IMG/VR virus record: IMGVR_UViG_3300028886_001624
Coordinates: 62,001 to 126,000 of that record
Reading direction: 5' to 3' (one strand)
DNA from: an uncultured virus (IMG/VR IMGVR_UViG_3300028886_001624)
Taxonomy: Duplodnaviria > Heunggongvirae > Uroviricota > Caudoviricetes
DNA: 64,000 bases
The position numbers and the translations under genes were made by a program. Shown piece by piece: positions 41,667-53,000 of this stretch. Numbering within the stretch: position 1 is the stretch's first letter; each line of letters starts with the position of its first letter. The notes beneath the pieces are model-generated. The model was not told the origin of the DNA and searched no databases. It was given only the letters and a program-made list of their open reading frames with translations.

Positions 41667-42761
41667 ATGGCACACGGATTAGAAGAGAGAAATGGTAAGT
41701 TTTCATTCGCAGAGAATGGCAGTAGGGAACGCGCATGGCACGGCCTTGGTGAGGTATTTGACCGTCCAATGTTCATTGGTGAGGCTCTGAAGGCTTGTCG
41801 CGCTGACTTTAAGGTGCAGTTGCAGCCCATCGCAGCACTTTCGGATGACATTATCAATGCCATCGAGAACGGGGAAAGCATTGACGCTTCCATATTGCGC
41901 GGCCTCATTGTTGAGGGCAAGAAGGCCACGGTACGCACCGACTTGAATGCTCCCTTGGGTATTACGAGCGACACCTACGGCATTGTACAGAATGAAGATG
42001 CGTTCAAGTTCGTGGATATGCTCTGCTCCGGCTTGGAGGCCGATAGGGATTCTCATCCTACGATTGAGTCATGCGGAGTGCTCGGCAAGGGTGAAAGAGT
42101 GTTCGTAACGTGCAAGATGCCGGAGGATATTATCCTTGACGCAAAGCGTGACGATAGGATTGAAACCTATGTGGTGTTCACCACGTCCCATGATGGCACC
42201 GGCGCCGTTCGCTGCATGGTCACTAACATTCGCGTGGTATGCTCCAATACGCTTGCATGGGCAATGCAGAACAATAGCGGACGTATTGCCTTCCGTCATT
42301 CTTCAAGAGTTATGAGCCGCCTTGACCTGCTCAACAAGGAGAACGCTGAATTCGCATATCGTACGCTTGGTTTGTGGCGTGAATATGAGAGTTCCTTCAA
42401 ACAGAGTCTTGAGCACCTTCGCAATATCAAGATTAGCGAGCGGTTCTTGGAGGACTTGGTGGCCGAGGTGGCTTTGAGTGATGAGTCCAACAAGATTTTC
42501 TTGGAGAGCCGCAACATCTTCCACGAGGACATACCGACAAGAGGCCGGAACATCTACCTTGGCATGATGAACGCCATGGAGAACGGCATCGGGCAGGACA
42601 TCTTGGAGAGCGGAAACGCATTGTGGGCATTGAACGGCATTACAACGTATTTCCAAAACGAGGCCAACTTCAAGAACAGCGAAGTGATGTTCGAGAACAT
42701 TATGGACGGCAACGTGTACAAGAAGGTACAGAAAGCATACGACAAGTTGGTCGCAGCCTAA
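41667..42761 (+). CDS. DUF932/DUF945-family phage/plasmid protein
   Basis: MAHGLE..AWHGLG, YGIVQNEDAF, TSHDGTGA, IRVVCSNTL, RH, WALNGITTY. Confidence 0.88.
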   Translation: MAHGLEERNGKFSFAENGSRERAWHGLGEVFDRPMFIGEALKACRADFKVQLQPIAALSDDIINAIENGESIDASILRGLIVEGKKATVRTDLNAPLGITSDTYGIVQNEDAFKFVDMLCSGLEADRDSHPTIESCGVLGKGERVFVTCKMPEDIILDAKRDDRIETYVVFTTSHDGTGAVRCMVTNIRVVCSNTLAWAMQNNSGRIAFRHSSRVMSRLDLLNKENAEFAYRTLGLWREYESSFKQSLEHLRNIKISERFLEDLVAEVALSDESNKIFLESRNIFHEDIPTRGRNIYLGMMNAMENGIGQDILESGNALWALNGITTYFQNEANFKNSEVMFENIMDGNVYKKVQKAYDKLVAA

Positions 42762-42904
42762 AATGAGAGTCCTAAAGGTGGGTGCTGAAAGATGCACCCA
42801 TCTTTTTTTTATTTTTAATTGAAAATAATTTGATTTTTGTTTCGGTATTTCAATTTATTTGGGTACTTTTGCAGCGTCAAACAATTTTAAAATAGTTATA
42901 GATT

Positions 42905-43676
42905 ATGTTCGTATTAATTTTTGTCAAGAGTTATGAAAACGGGTTTTCGATAGAAAACTCCTATCAGACTGCCCTTTATGAGAGCAGGGAAGAAGCCGTA
43001 AAGGTTATGAAAGAGAGCGCAGAGAAGCACGTTAATTCCTATTTGGAAACGGAAGATGATGAGCACATAGAATTTACCGAATACGGGGATTTGGGGGAAA
43101 AGGGTTTGGGCTTGGATATTGAATATCAAGCCAATAAGATTTCGGTGACGGATGATTGCAGTTTGAGCAACCACTATAGGAAATGGGAATGGGTTGTTAC
43201 GGCAAGTAAGCCGGAGATTGAAGTTTATTAACATTAAAGAAAAAAAGTTGGGATAATATTTCGTTATTCCAATTTTTTTTGGTATATTTGCAATGTGAAA
43301 TAAATAATCAATATTAATTATGTTAGTTAGAGTATATATTACATCAATAGAAATTGGCCTTGTGGTGAATGAGGCCGTTGATAGCGGGCTTTTGAGGCTA
43401 CAGCGTAGTTTTGACGGTAAGAACGGGATTCTCGCCATATATGACGGGGAAATCAGCAAGATTGGCTTAGTTGCCCTTTCCGTCTTCGGGGTTAAGTTTT
43501 TCCCCTTGGATAACTATGGGGAATTTAAGATTACTTGCCCACATTGCGGCCGGAGAATTGAGGACGATTGGATTCTCACTTCATATACAGATGAGGTGTT
43601 GAGTGGAAAGAATATAAAGTGCGACAATGAGGAATGCGGCCATCAGATGGCTAATGTGGAATTTATTTTTAATTGA
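42905..43676 (+). other. Small hypothetical genes 42905-43231 and 43320-43676 (CxxC zinc-ribbon-like)
   Basis: Each follows a promoter copy; CPHCG...CDNEECG. Confidence 0.7.
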
Positions 43677-43900
43677 AAAATGTGTATGAGGATTACGAAA
43701 GATTTCGTTATAGGGCAAGGACACGATACAGATTAGTATGACTGCATAATATAGTAATGAGATTGTTTTTGGAAATGGCATTTGTTGTGAAACACGTGCC
43801 ATTTTTTATTTTTAATTGAAAATAATTTGATTTTTGTTTCGGTATTTCAAAACTTTTGGGTACTTTTGCATTGTCAAACAAATAAAAACAATTTAAGATT

Positions 43901-44806
43901 ATGAAAAAGATTGAAGATGCTATCGCCTATAATCTGTTTCAATACGAAATGAACAGATTAAGCAAAATTACCTACAAGGGTTACGAAAAAACTTTGAAGG
44001 AGATTGGAATTGCCTATATTGCTTATTGCAATTCTTCTGCAAAATTAACGCATAACGGCAAGAAACATATGCTTACCTATGGCCTTTATTTGGCATCATC
44101 TGACTTGTCCGGAGTGAACGTATGCCCAAAGAGCAAAATATGTCGTGAAAGTTGCCTTGTAGGTAGTGGTCACGCGAGGGTAGAGGGTTTGGCAAGTAAG
44201 GATAACTTGATTAATTCCCGTATCACCAAGACAAGGCTATTCTTCGCAAATAAGCCATTGTTTATGAAGTTAATGTGCATTGAGATTGACCGAGCCATTA
44301 GAAAGGCTGAAAGGGAAGGCATGGGCTTTTCCGTCCGGCTGAATTGTACAAGTGATATAAGCCCCCTTGCATTTTCATTGAATGGCAGGAACATTCTTGA
44401 AATATATCCGAATGTTTCATTCTATGACTACACCAAGGTAAAAAACTATTGGAAGATAACAGAGAGATATAATAACTATTATCTTACCTTTAGTCGTGAC
44501 GGGAGCGAGGAAAACGATTCAGAGTGCATGGAATGGCTTTCGAGGGGCAATAATGTAGCCGTAGTATTTGGTGTACGCAAAGCGTCTGAATTGCCCAAGA
44601 AATGGAGAGGCTACGAAGTGTTGGTGGGTGACGATTACGATTATAGGGTATGGGACAAGTTGCAGGTTGGCAAACAGATTGTCGGCCTTGTATATAAAGT
44701 GACCAAGAATGACTATGTAAAGGGTGAAGATGGCAAGTTTCACTTTGGTGGGATACCTAAATCTCCCTTCATCATACAAGCAAATGACAAGGATTGTGAG
44801 TATTAA
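43901..44806 (+). CDS. GP88-like phage protein
   Basis: NVCP...CRESCL..SG, VRLNCTSDI, FYDYTK, YYLTFS, NVAVVF, GDDYDYR, IVGL. Confidence 0.75.
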   Translation: MKKIEDAIAYNLFQYEMNRLSKITYKGYEKTLKEIGIAYIAYCNSSAKLTHNGKKHMLTYGLYLASSDLSGVNVCPKSKICRESCLVGSGHARVEGLASKDNLINSRITKTRLFFANKPLFMKLMCIEIDRAIRKAEREGMGFSVRLNCTSDISPLAFSLNGRNILEIYPNVSFYDYTKVKNYWKITERYNNYYLTFSRDGSEENDSECMEWLSRGNNVAVVFGVRKASELPKKWRGYEVLVGDDYDYRVWDKLQVGKQIVGLVYKVTKNDYVKGEDGKFHFGGIPKSPFIIQANDKDCEY

Positions 44807-45027
44807 TTACTCACAATCTTTTTTGAAAAATAATTCCATTTTTATTTCGTCAATTCAAAAAGTTTGGGTAATTTTGCATTGTAAATAGTAAATGTTGTTT
44901 GTTTAAGGTTGAGTGGCATTTGTTGTGAAACACGTGCCATTCTTTTTTTGTTTTTATTTGAAAATAATTGTGATTTTATTTCGTCATTTCAAAACTTTTG
45001 GGTACTTTTGCATTGTCAAACAAATAA

Positions 45028-48000
45028 ATGATAAAGATTATGAAGTTTACATTGCATGGAAGAGAGTATGAAAGTTACCAATTGAGCAACGGCGCAATAT
45101 TGGAATTGCTTGAAGGTAACACAATAAGCAATAAGCAGCGTGAATATCTCACCGGGAAGGTTCTCGAAAGATTTAAGAGCGATTTGTGTCCGAGATATGG
45201 AGAGGGCACGGATGAGGTGTTTGCTCGTTTCTTCAGTGACTACGTGAACAGATGCCCCAATGATTTCAATAAGGCTGCAAGAGCCATGGGCACGGAACAC
45301 AGATACTTACAGAGTGAAATGTTCAAGATGTGCCTTGCCTACATTAAGGAATTGTCGGAGCATTACGAAAGTGGCCGTTATGATGCCCGTAATGAATGGG
45401 CTTGCCGGACAGCCAATGAGATAAACAAGATATTATAAAAATTTAGTAGCATATGAAGATTAAGGATTTGCCGAAGTTTTGCCTAAACATTGGCAATACA
45501 TTGGAAGATGAGTATGACGTGGCCGCAACCAACAATGGAATTTCCGTAAATGGTGAGATAGTTGGTGGCTATGATGAGGAAAGGGACATCAATGATACTG
45601 ATGATTTCTTAGAGTTGATTGATGATGCCATTCGTGAATGTGATGCCTTCACAGATGAGGACAAAGAAGAATTGGGAGTTGTTCTCTATAGTGACGTACT
45701 GACATACGATATTGATTCTTGGTGGGACGAAGAAAAATTGTGAAAAAAAGTTGTGATTTTATTTCGTCAATTCAAAACTTTTGGGTACTTTTGCAACGTC
45801 AAAACAAATAAACATTTTAATTAATATAGTATAAACAATAAAAAGATTAAAGTTATGAAGTTAGAAGTAAATGACATCGTGAAGATTCGCAGAGGCGACT
45901 TCGGAGTAGTAGTAGGTTTCAACAACAAGCCCTGCGCAATTCTGTTCCACTCCTTCACAAGTGTGCTGACGCGCTACAATGAGAACTTGAAGCACTCCAA
46001 CAAGGAATACGACATTGTGGCCGTGTACAACGGTGACAAGGTTGAGTCCTACAAGGAAGTATATCGGGCTAAATTCGACCCGGATGCCCTTGAATTGGAG
46101 TTGCGGTACGAAGAATCCGTTTAACAATAATTAACAGAAATTGGAAAGGCATATTCTTTGCTTTTCCAATTTTTTTTTATATCTTTGCAAAAAAAGATAA
46201 GAAAAATGAAAATAACCACGGACGAAAGTAAGATTTATGAGAAGCATTGTGGCAAGAAGATTTGCACAGAAAATCTCAACATCGAAGGTTTTAAGAAGCC
46301 GATTCCATTTGACATCTATGATGGCTATGCAGTATGTTTAGACCATGGTGGCCATAGGTTTGATTTGGTTTATCCGACATTAAAGGCAATCAGCGAAAGC
46401 AAGGAACTATCCGATGCCATAATAGACTATGTCGGTGACATTTCAAACAAGTATGAAATCAGCGTCATTCATATCTTAATAACGTTTTCTACCTTATACA
46501 AAGATGGGGTTGAGATAAAACCTAAGAAAAAATAAAAATTTAGGACTATGGGAAGATTTACTATTGAAATGAATTACAATGCCTCTATAATTGTTGAGGT
46601 GAACGCAGAAGATGAGGGAAAGGCATTAGATGAGGCAAGGAACATTGCCGAGGATGCGGATATTCGTGAATTTACGATTACATCTGAAAGAGAATCAAGG
46701 ATTCTCAAACGGGAATAAAAAAGTATCTCTGTTTTTAGACTGCAATAAATTGACTTGGTGAATTGCGTTTGTCGTGATGATAAGCGCAATTTTTTTTTAA
46801 AATAATTCCATTTTTGTTTCGGTAATTCAAAACTTTTGGGTACTTTTGCATCGTCAAACAAATAAAATGATAAAGATTATGACTAAAGAGGAAATGGTTT
46901 TCGAGATTATGAAGTTTATCGCCCCCACGTTCGCGTCAAAAGGCGTTGAATTACAAGAACGTATAATTGCAGGTGGCGGCAACCCACAAGAGTGTACAAT
47001 TGGGGGTTATACAATTCTCGAGGCACAAGCGCAAAGCGCAAAGGAATGGGCAGAGGCTTTCGTAAATGTGTTATATAAATAAAACTTTAAACAATGATTA
47101 AAGAGGAATTTTTGAAAACAATTGGTGGCTATCAAGCAGAGATAAGCGCACTCCATGACAAGATTGTAGAAACCACGGCCAAGTATCTCAAAGAGGCTGA
47201 AAAGCCCTACCCGGTTGGCTCGAAGGTTAGAGTCATCACCAATGAGCGAGGCACTAAGATTGTTCAAGCCGGAATCGTGACGGACTACACGCTCAATCTT
47301 CAAGATGACATCACTCCGGTGATTATGAAGATGAAGAAGGACGGGACACCACATCCGACACAGAAGATTTGGTGTACATGGCGAAGTGTCATTGAACCCA
47401 TAACAGAATAAGGTTATGAAAAGGTTAGAAGAACTAAAGAGAAACAATGATACACGTTACTTCACCAATGGGAAGGTTTCCTTCCCATTGGATTTGTCCA
47501 AGATAACGTATGCGTCAAGAATTGATTTGGAACACGCAATGTACGCGGAGCGTGACGAGGAATGTGACTATCCTACAATTAATGAGTTGATTGCAAGCGG
47601 TTCTTTGCAGGAAAAGTCATATATCAAGATGTGTGATATAGATTATGAAAAATATCCGGCACAAGTTAGGCGAATGGATGAGAAGCAGATAGATGCCTTG
47701 TTAAAGAGGGTTCAAAACAAATTCAAGGCCAACGGATTCAATGTTACATTAGAGGCTTTGGTACATAACTTGAACGCATGGCTATTGGACTATAAGAGCG
47801 GCTATCTGGATGAGGCAAACAAGTATCATCTGTTCACTCCCTGCGGCTGCAACCCATTATCCTTTAGGGCTTCAGAGTTGGATGAGCACTGCCGAGATTG
47901 GCAAACAACATATGAAGCATAAAAAAAGTTGTGATTTTATTTCGGTATTCCAAAACTTTTGGGTACTTTTGCAATGTCAAACAATTTAAAACAAATAAAG

Positions 48001-48534
48001 ATTATGAGAATAAAAGGAAAAAAATCAATCAGTAATCGCATAGTTGAGATTGCTGAAAGCGGCAAGGCGATTGGGATGCCGAGCAAGTTTAATCTTCCAC
48101 AGAACAAGGCCGTGCGCGAAAAGCATATTGCCATCTGTAAAGAGTTGGTTGAGATTTCTAAAAAGAACGGCAATTATCCGATAGGTACGCTTATTTACTT
48201 TGCCATCGGTACAAATTCCCATCGGACGGAAGTGTTTGAAAAGTGCTATCGGAAGATAGATGCCAAGAAGGCCGAAACCATCATCAGTTGGGTAAAGTTG
48301 TTCGCAGAGTATAACGATAACCCGAAAATGGTCAAGAACGCGAAGATTGCCCATGCCATCTGTTCCTTCTATGACAAGAACAATGGTGATACAAAGGCTT
48401 TCAAGATTGCCTTGGGGTGCTCGCAGCCGAATCCGGCAATAGAATCATTCAAGGAAACCGCCCAAGCATTGGGAATTGCGAAGGAGTCGCTTTCAGAGGC
48501 CGAGGCTGAAATGGCGGTGGTAACGGTTGAGTAG
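45028..48534 (+). other. Small island ORFs (45028-45438, 45453-45743, 45855-46124, ~46206-46535, 46548-46718, ~46879-47082, 47094-47411, 47416-47922, 48004-48534)
   Basis: Co-directional ORFs directly after promoter copies; 46548-46718 translated by hand. Confidence 0.7.
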
Positions 48535-48646
48535 TTTTATTTTATATCAATCATATTTCCGATTTTCTATTTTTTGGTGAGTACCATCCGTGAGGAGCGG
48601 AAAGCCATTTTATTAACAAGAGTTTTAAATTTAAAATTAAATCAAT

Positions 48647-49120
48647 ATGAAAAAAATAGTTTATTCATTAGTGTTGATGATGTGTGTTATGTCGGTATTT
48701 AATTGTTCGAGCAACAATAGGCCGAAAACCATCATCGGGAGTTGGGAAACCATCAGTGTCAAGGGTGAAGTGAAGGAGTTTGGCGGTGAGTTCGAGCAAG
48801 ATTTCACATCACAGCAGATAAACCCCATCTATGAGGAAATGTATCGTTTCAAACTAACCTTTGACGAGAACACTTGCGTAACACTTGTTTCGTCTGTCAA
48901 TGGTCAATGGAAGGAAGATTCAGTTGATGTGTACAATTATATCCTCAACAATGGTATGGTGCGCATCTTGGACGTACGCAATAAGATGTTCGGAAATGAT
49001 AATGATGTGCCGCCCTTGGACGAAACGTTTGAGTATGCAATAATAGGTGACGAATTGTTTATGACTTGCTATAACGAGGATGAATATGTCACTTACCGGC
49101 TGAAACGCATAAAAAATTGA
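48647..49120 (+). CDS. Lipocalin-like lipoprotein
   Basis: Signal peptide ending SVFNC, IIGSW motif, beta-rich body ending YRLKR. Confidence 0.65.
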   Translation: MKKIVYSLVLMMCVMSVFNCSSNNRPKTIIGSWETISVKGEVKEFGGEFEQDFTSQQINPIYEEMYRFKLTFDENTCVTLVSSVNGQWKEDSVDVYNYILNNGMVRILDVRNKMFGNDNDVPPLDETFEYAIIGDELFMTCYNEDEYVTYRLKRIKN

Positions 49121-49307
49121 AAAAAGTTGTGATTTTGTTTCGGTAATTCAAAAACTTTGGGTACTTTTGCAATGTCAAAACAAAAAAACGAATAGAAAAT
49201 GAGTAAAAGAAGTTTCAAAAGAGCGGTTGCGGCCGCAAAGGTTACGGCCATCCCGTCAAAGAAGAAAGGCAATGGACAAGATGCCATTCAGTTGTACAAC
49301 GTGTACA

Positions 49308-49482
49308 AATAGGTAGCAGCACTACCGAATTTACGCTTGTGGACTACCCAACTGCCGAAAGGCGAACCACACGAATGTGTGGGGCTATGGATGACAGACT
49401 CGGCAATGAGGTACTAAAAAGTAGTGGTAGGTTGAAGCAAGAAGTTAATAATGGATAAACAAATTTGTTCAAGTTTTAACAT
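49308..49482 (+). ncRNA. Orphan TnpB omegaRNA-like element without tnpB
   Basis: AATAGGTAGC..ACTACCGAATTTACGCTTGTGGA, TGGATGAC, CTAAAAAG and TGAA(A/G)CAAGAA are shared with 2786-2884. Confidence 0.8.
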
Positions 49483-49749
49483 GCTGTACAAGTAACTGAT
49501 TATTAACCCGTGGAATATGGGGGTGTCCTCCGGAACACGATAGGTCGAGCAAGTTCATCGGTCACCCCCATCCACACAATTCAAGCCATTATGGAACGTC
49601 CTCCACCCAAGTAAGGAATAATTCAGATAATTTATTTTTATTATTATATGCAAATTTAAAGCCCATAACACAATGAATCCAAGAGCAAGTCCCATAAAAT
49701 AGATTTTAATTCGTCTATACATTATACATTAATTATTTATTCTCTCGCA

Positions 49750-49855
49750 GGGATAAACCCAAACGATGGGTATCACCCTTGACGCAACGAAGTCCCCGGA
49801 GAGTCCGGCTGACATGAACGTCATTGGCGATTGCGGTTCGTTCCGCATTATCCCA
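49750..49855 (+). ncRNA. tRNA-like RNA with a multibranch domain in place of the anticodon arm
   Basis: Acceptor GGGATAA/TTATCCC-A, D-like ACCCA/TGGGT, T-like TGCGG-TTCGTT-CCGCA. Confidence 0.65.
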
Positions 49856-50018
49856 CAATAAAAAAACTGTTTTTCGTAATTTGAGTTGTTTAGGTTAATT
49901 GTAACAGATGTGTTGTGATAACACGTCTGTTATTTTTTGAAAATAATTCTGTTTTTATTTCGTCAATTCAAATTATTTGGGTACTTTTGCATTGTCAAAC
50001 AATTAAATAATATAAGTT

Positions 50019-53000
50019 ATGATTGAAAAGAAAGAAAATTTAGTAGAGTTGTCAAAGAAAATCGTAGATTTCAATGAGGCCGTGATTGCCGCTTGCAAGG
50101 CAAAAGGCATCGCAGTACCAAGCGCAGAGGAAATGAGCGACTATATGCACAATTATGGCTTTGATGTCCAAGATTTCATGCAAACCATCCAAGAGCAAGA
50201 GAAGGAGATAACTCCATTCGATGAGTTTAAAAATGAGGTTATGGGCATTTGTTGGAGCGATATGCCCACGGATAAGGAAATGCTTGCCTTCTTCAATGAG
50301 AACGGCCACAATGTCCGCTTATTCATGATGCAGAGAACCATTCAAGATTTTAATAAGATTGAGAAGGCCATATATGACGCGGTAATTAACAAGTTTAGCA
50401 TCGAAGAACTTGTTGGCCTTTGGAACTTCTTTATTGAAGAAAGTGCATTGTATGGGGAAGATTCCAAAATCTATGACCTTAAAAATTCGGATTCCATCCC
50501 CATCATTGCAAACATGGGAGAAGCAGACGCAAGGAAATTGTTTAACGATGTAATCTGCAAGGGAAAGAGATTCTTCCAATTCATTGTCAGTATTGATGTG
50601 AAAGAAGAAGATGATATTAAAGGCATCATTACGGCCTTTTGGGAGGAAATATGTGCGAGAATACTCATGTTCCCGATGGAGTATAATAATAATGTTGCTC
50701 CAAGTTCCTGCCTATTTATGGAAGTTGTGTGGCCGATAATTACCAAAGAGGCCGGAGTTGTTATTAATTATTTTCAGAATGAATTAAAATACACCCATTA
50801 AATAATTAGATTAGATATGAAATTAAGGGACGAAATAATCGACCACATTGACCGAGGGTTTAGGGATGTGGTGTTTTACAAAAGGGATGCCAAAGGCATA
50901 TATGGGATTTTATCGGCAAAGATACATGGAAGTTCAACTTTAACGATGATTCCGAAGATACCAAAGAATATTGTTGTTACGGCAATAGATGAGCGGCACG
51001 ACAAGGTTGTCTTTCCATATGAAGATTTGGAAGTAGAAGCGGTTATAACGTGGAACAAGGCACAAAACGGATGGGCGATGAAAGCGATAGAGTGACAAGA
51101 TAAAACTTAATTTATAAAAACCTTCTTGTATGGAATTTTTCTTTCAAGAAGGTTTTTTCTTTGTTTATTTCTTGTTTTTTAAAAATATTTTATATATCTT
51201 TGCATTGACAATGTTTAATTGTCGTTCAAGGAATAAAAACCTTTTTAAATTGAGATAAGCAAACGTTGGGGGACGTTTGCTTATTTTTTATTTGAAAATA
51301 ATTGTGATTTTATTTCGGTATTTCAAAAACTTTGGGTACTTTTGCAATGTCAAACAAATAAAAACAAATAAAGATTATGGAAAAGATTTGGTTAATGACC
51401 CAAGAAAGCAAGGTGGATGGGGATATTTTCTTTAATGTCATTCCTTGCGCAACGGAAGAGGCCGCAAAGGCTGAAATGGAGAAGGAGATTCGCACCTTGA
51501 TGAATAAGAGTCCTTATATCGAATATACGAATAGGTCTCTCGATTTTATCCGTGAAGAAACTGAAACCTCATACTACATTGAGGACACTTGCGATGCTTA
51601 TTATGAGTACATTAGGATAGAGAAAAAGGAAATAGTAAAGTAATAATAAGATTATGAGCACACCTTGTAAAATTATCATGAAAGTTCCCGAAGAATACAA
51701 GGGAACGACCATTAAGTTCAATAAATCAGCCCTTCCTATTGAATTGAAGGAATGGTACGAGAAGGACGAAAAGACAAATGAGGTTTGGTTAGACCAAAGA
51801 TGTAAGGAAAAATCACGGCCAATAAAGATTAAGGGTGATTACATTGGCATATATTGCCATTGGGATGGCGATAAAATCGGCAAGGTATTGAAGGAACTAT
51901 TCACCGACAAGAAAGCCGTATTGAACCTTATTGCCGGTGGTTTCTGCTCATTTATATGGTATGATGGTGTTAAACGCTATGCCAATAGGAATTGCGAAAT
52001 GTGGAAGGACATAAAGCCAATACAAGGCTCTCGTAAAAAGGTAGAAGAGAGCATCTACGGACTCTATGAGTATGTATTTGTCAATACTTGGACTAAAAGG
52101 AAACTATGAAAAAATAACTTGATTTTTATTTCAGTATTTCAATTTTTTCCGGTACTTTTGCAATGTCAAACAATTTAAAGCAAATAAGATTATGGGTAAA
52201 CATGTTCATGTAGCAGTAAAGTATGAGGTAAGTTATGATTCCTCATGTGGTTTTAATTGGCACAATGTGGAGTTTAAGGAATTACTCCAAGCCTTGAATG
52301 TCAGCACATACGATGCAGATGGAGAATTAACTGACGGATTTTCCGACACATGGGAATGTCATTCGGATGAGTACAACGAGGCATTGACTTTCTTGAAGGA
52401 GCATAAGGAGGACATACGCAGCCTTGATGAGGATGGTGATAAGCCGGAGTGTAACGGCTACGATGTCGAGTGTGAGGACATCTATGAAGCAATAATTGGC
52501 CTTGAATGCGGCAATGGCTTTGAGGATTCATACGAAGAAGTTGTTAAGATGATGGAACTATTCCAAAAACAAGCGGCAACATCGGACGGATATATGCACT
52601 TTTGTGCCTTCTGAAATAATGGTTGGGGTGAGGATTTTTATCTTCACCTCAACTTTTTTTGTTTTTATTTAAAAATAATTTGATTTTTATTTCGGTATCT
52701 CAAAGTTTCTTGGTACTTTTGTATCGTCAAACAATTTAAAATAAATAAGATTATGAAGAAAGCAATCGAATTAATGAATCAGATGATTCCTATGAAGAAG
52801 GAAGTAAAAAAGACTTGTATCGCATACCTAAAGAGGGTGTTGGAGAAGTGCAATAACAATTACTTGTCCTTCTATGACGAGGATGGTGAGGCATATGGCA
52901 ACAGATACGTTTCCGTCACCTATGACGGGGGAAACCATCCGGAGTATGAAAGCAATGCCTTCAGTACCGTAAAGGGTGTTTTCATTGACAAATACGGGGA

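Noticed and set aside
49510..49575. SRP 4.5S RNA
   Set aside because: It lacks the conserved CAGG...GRAA...AGCA domain IV motif.
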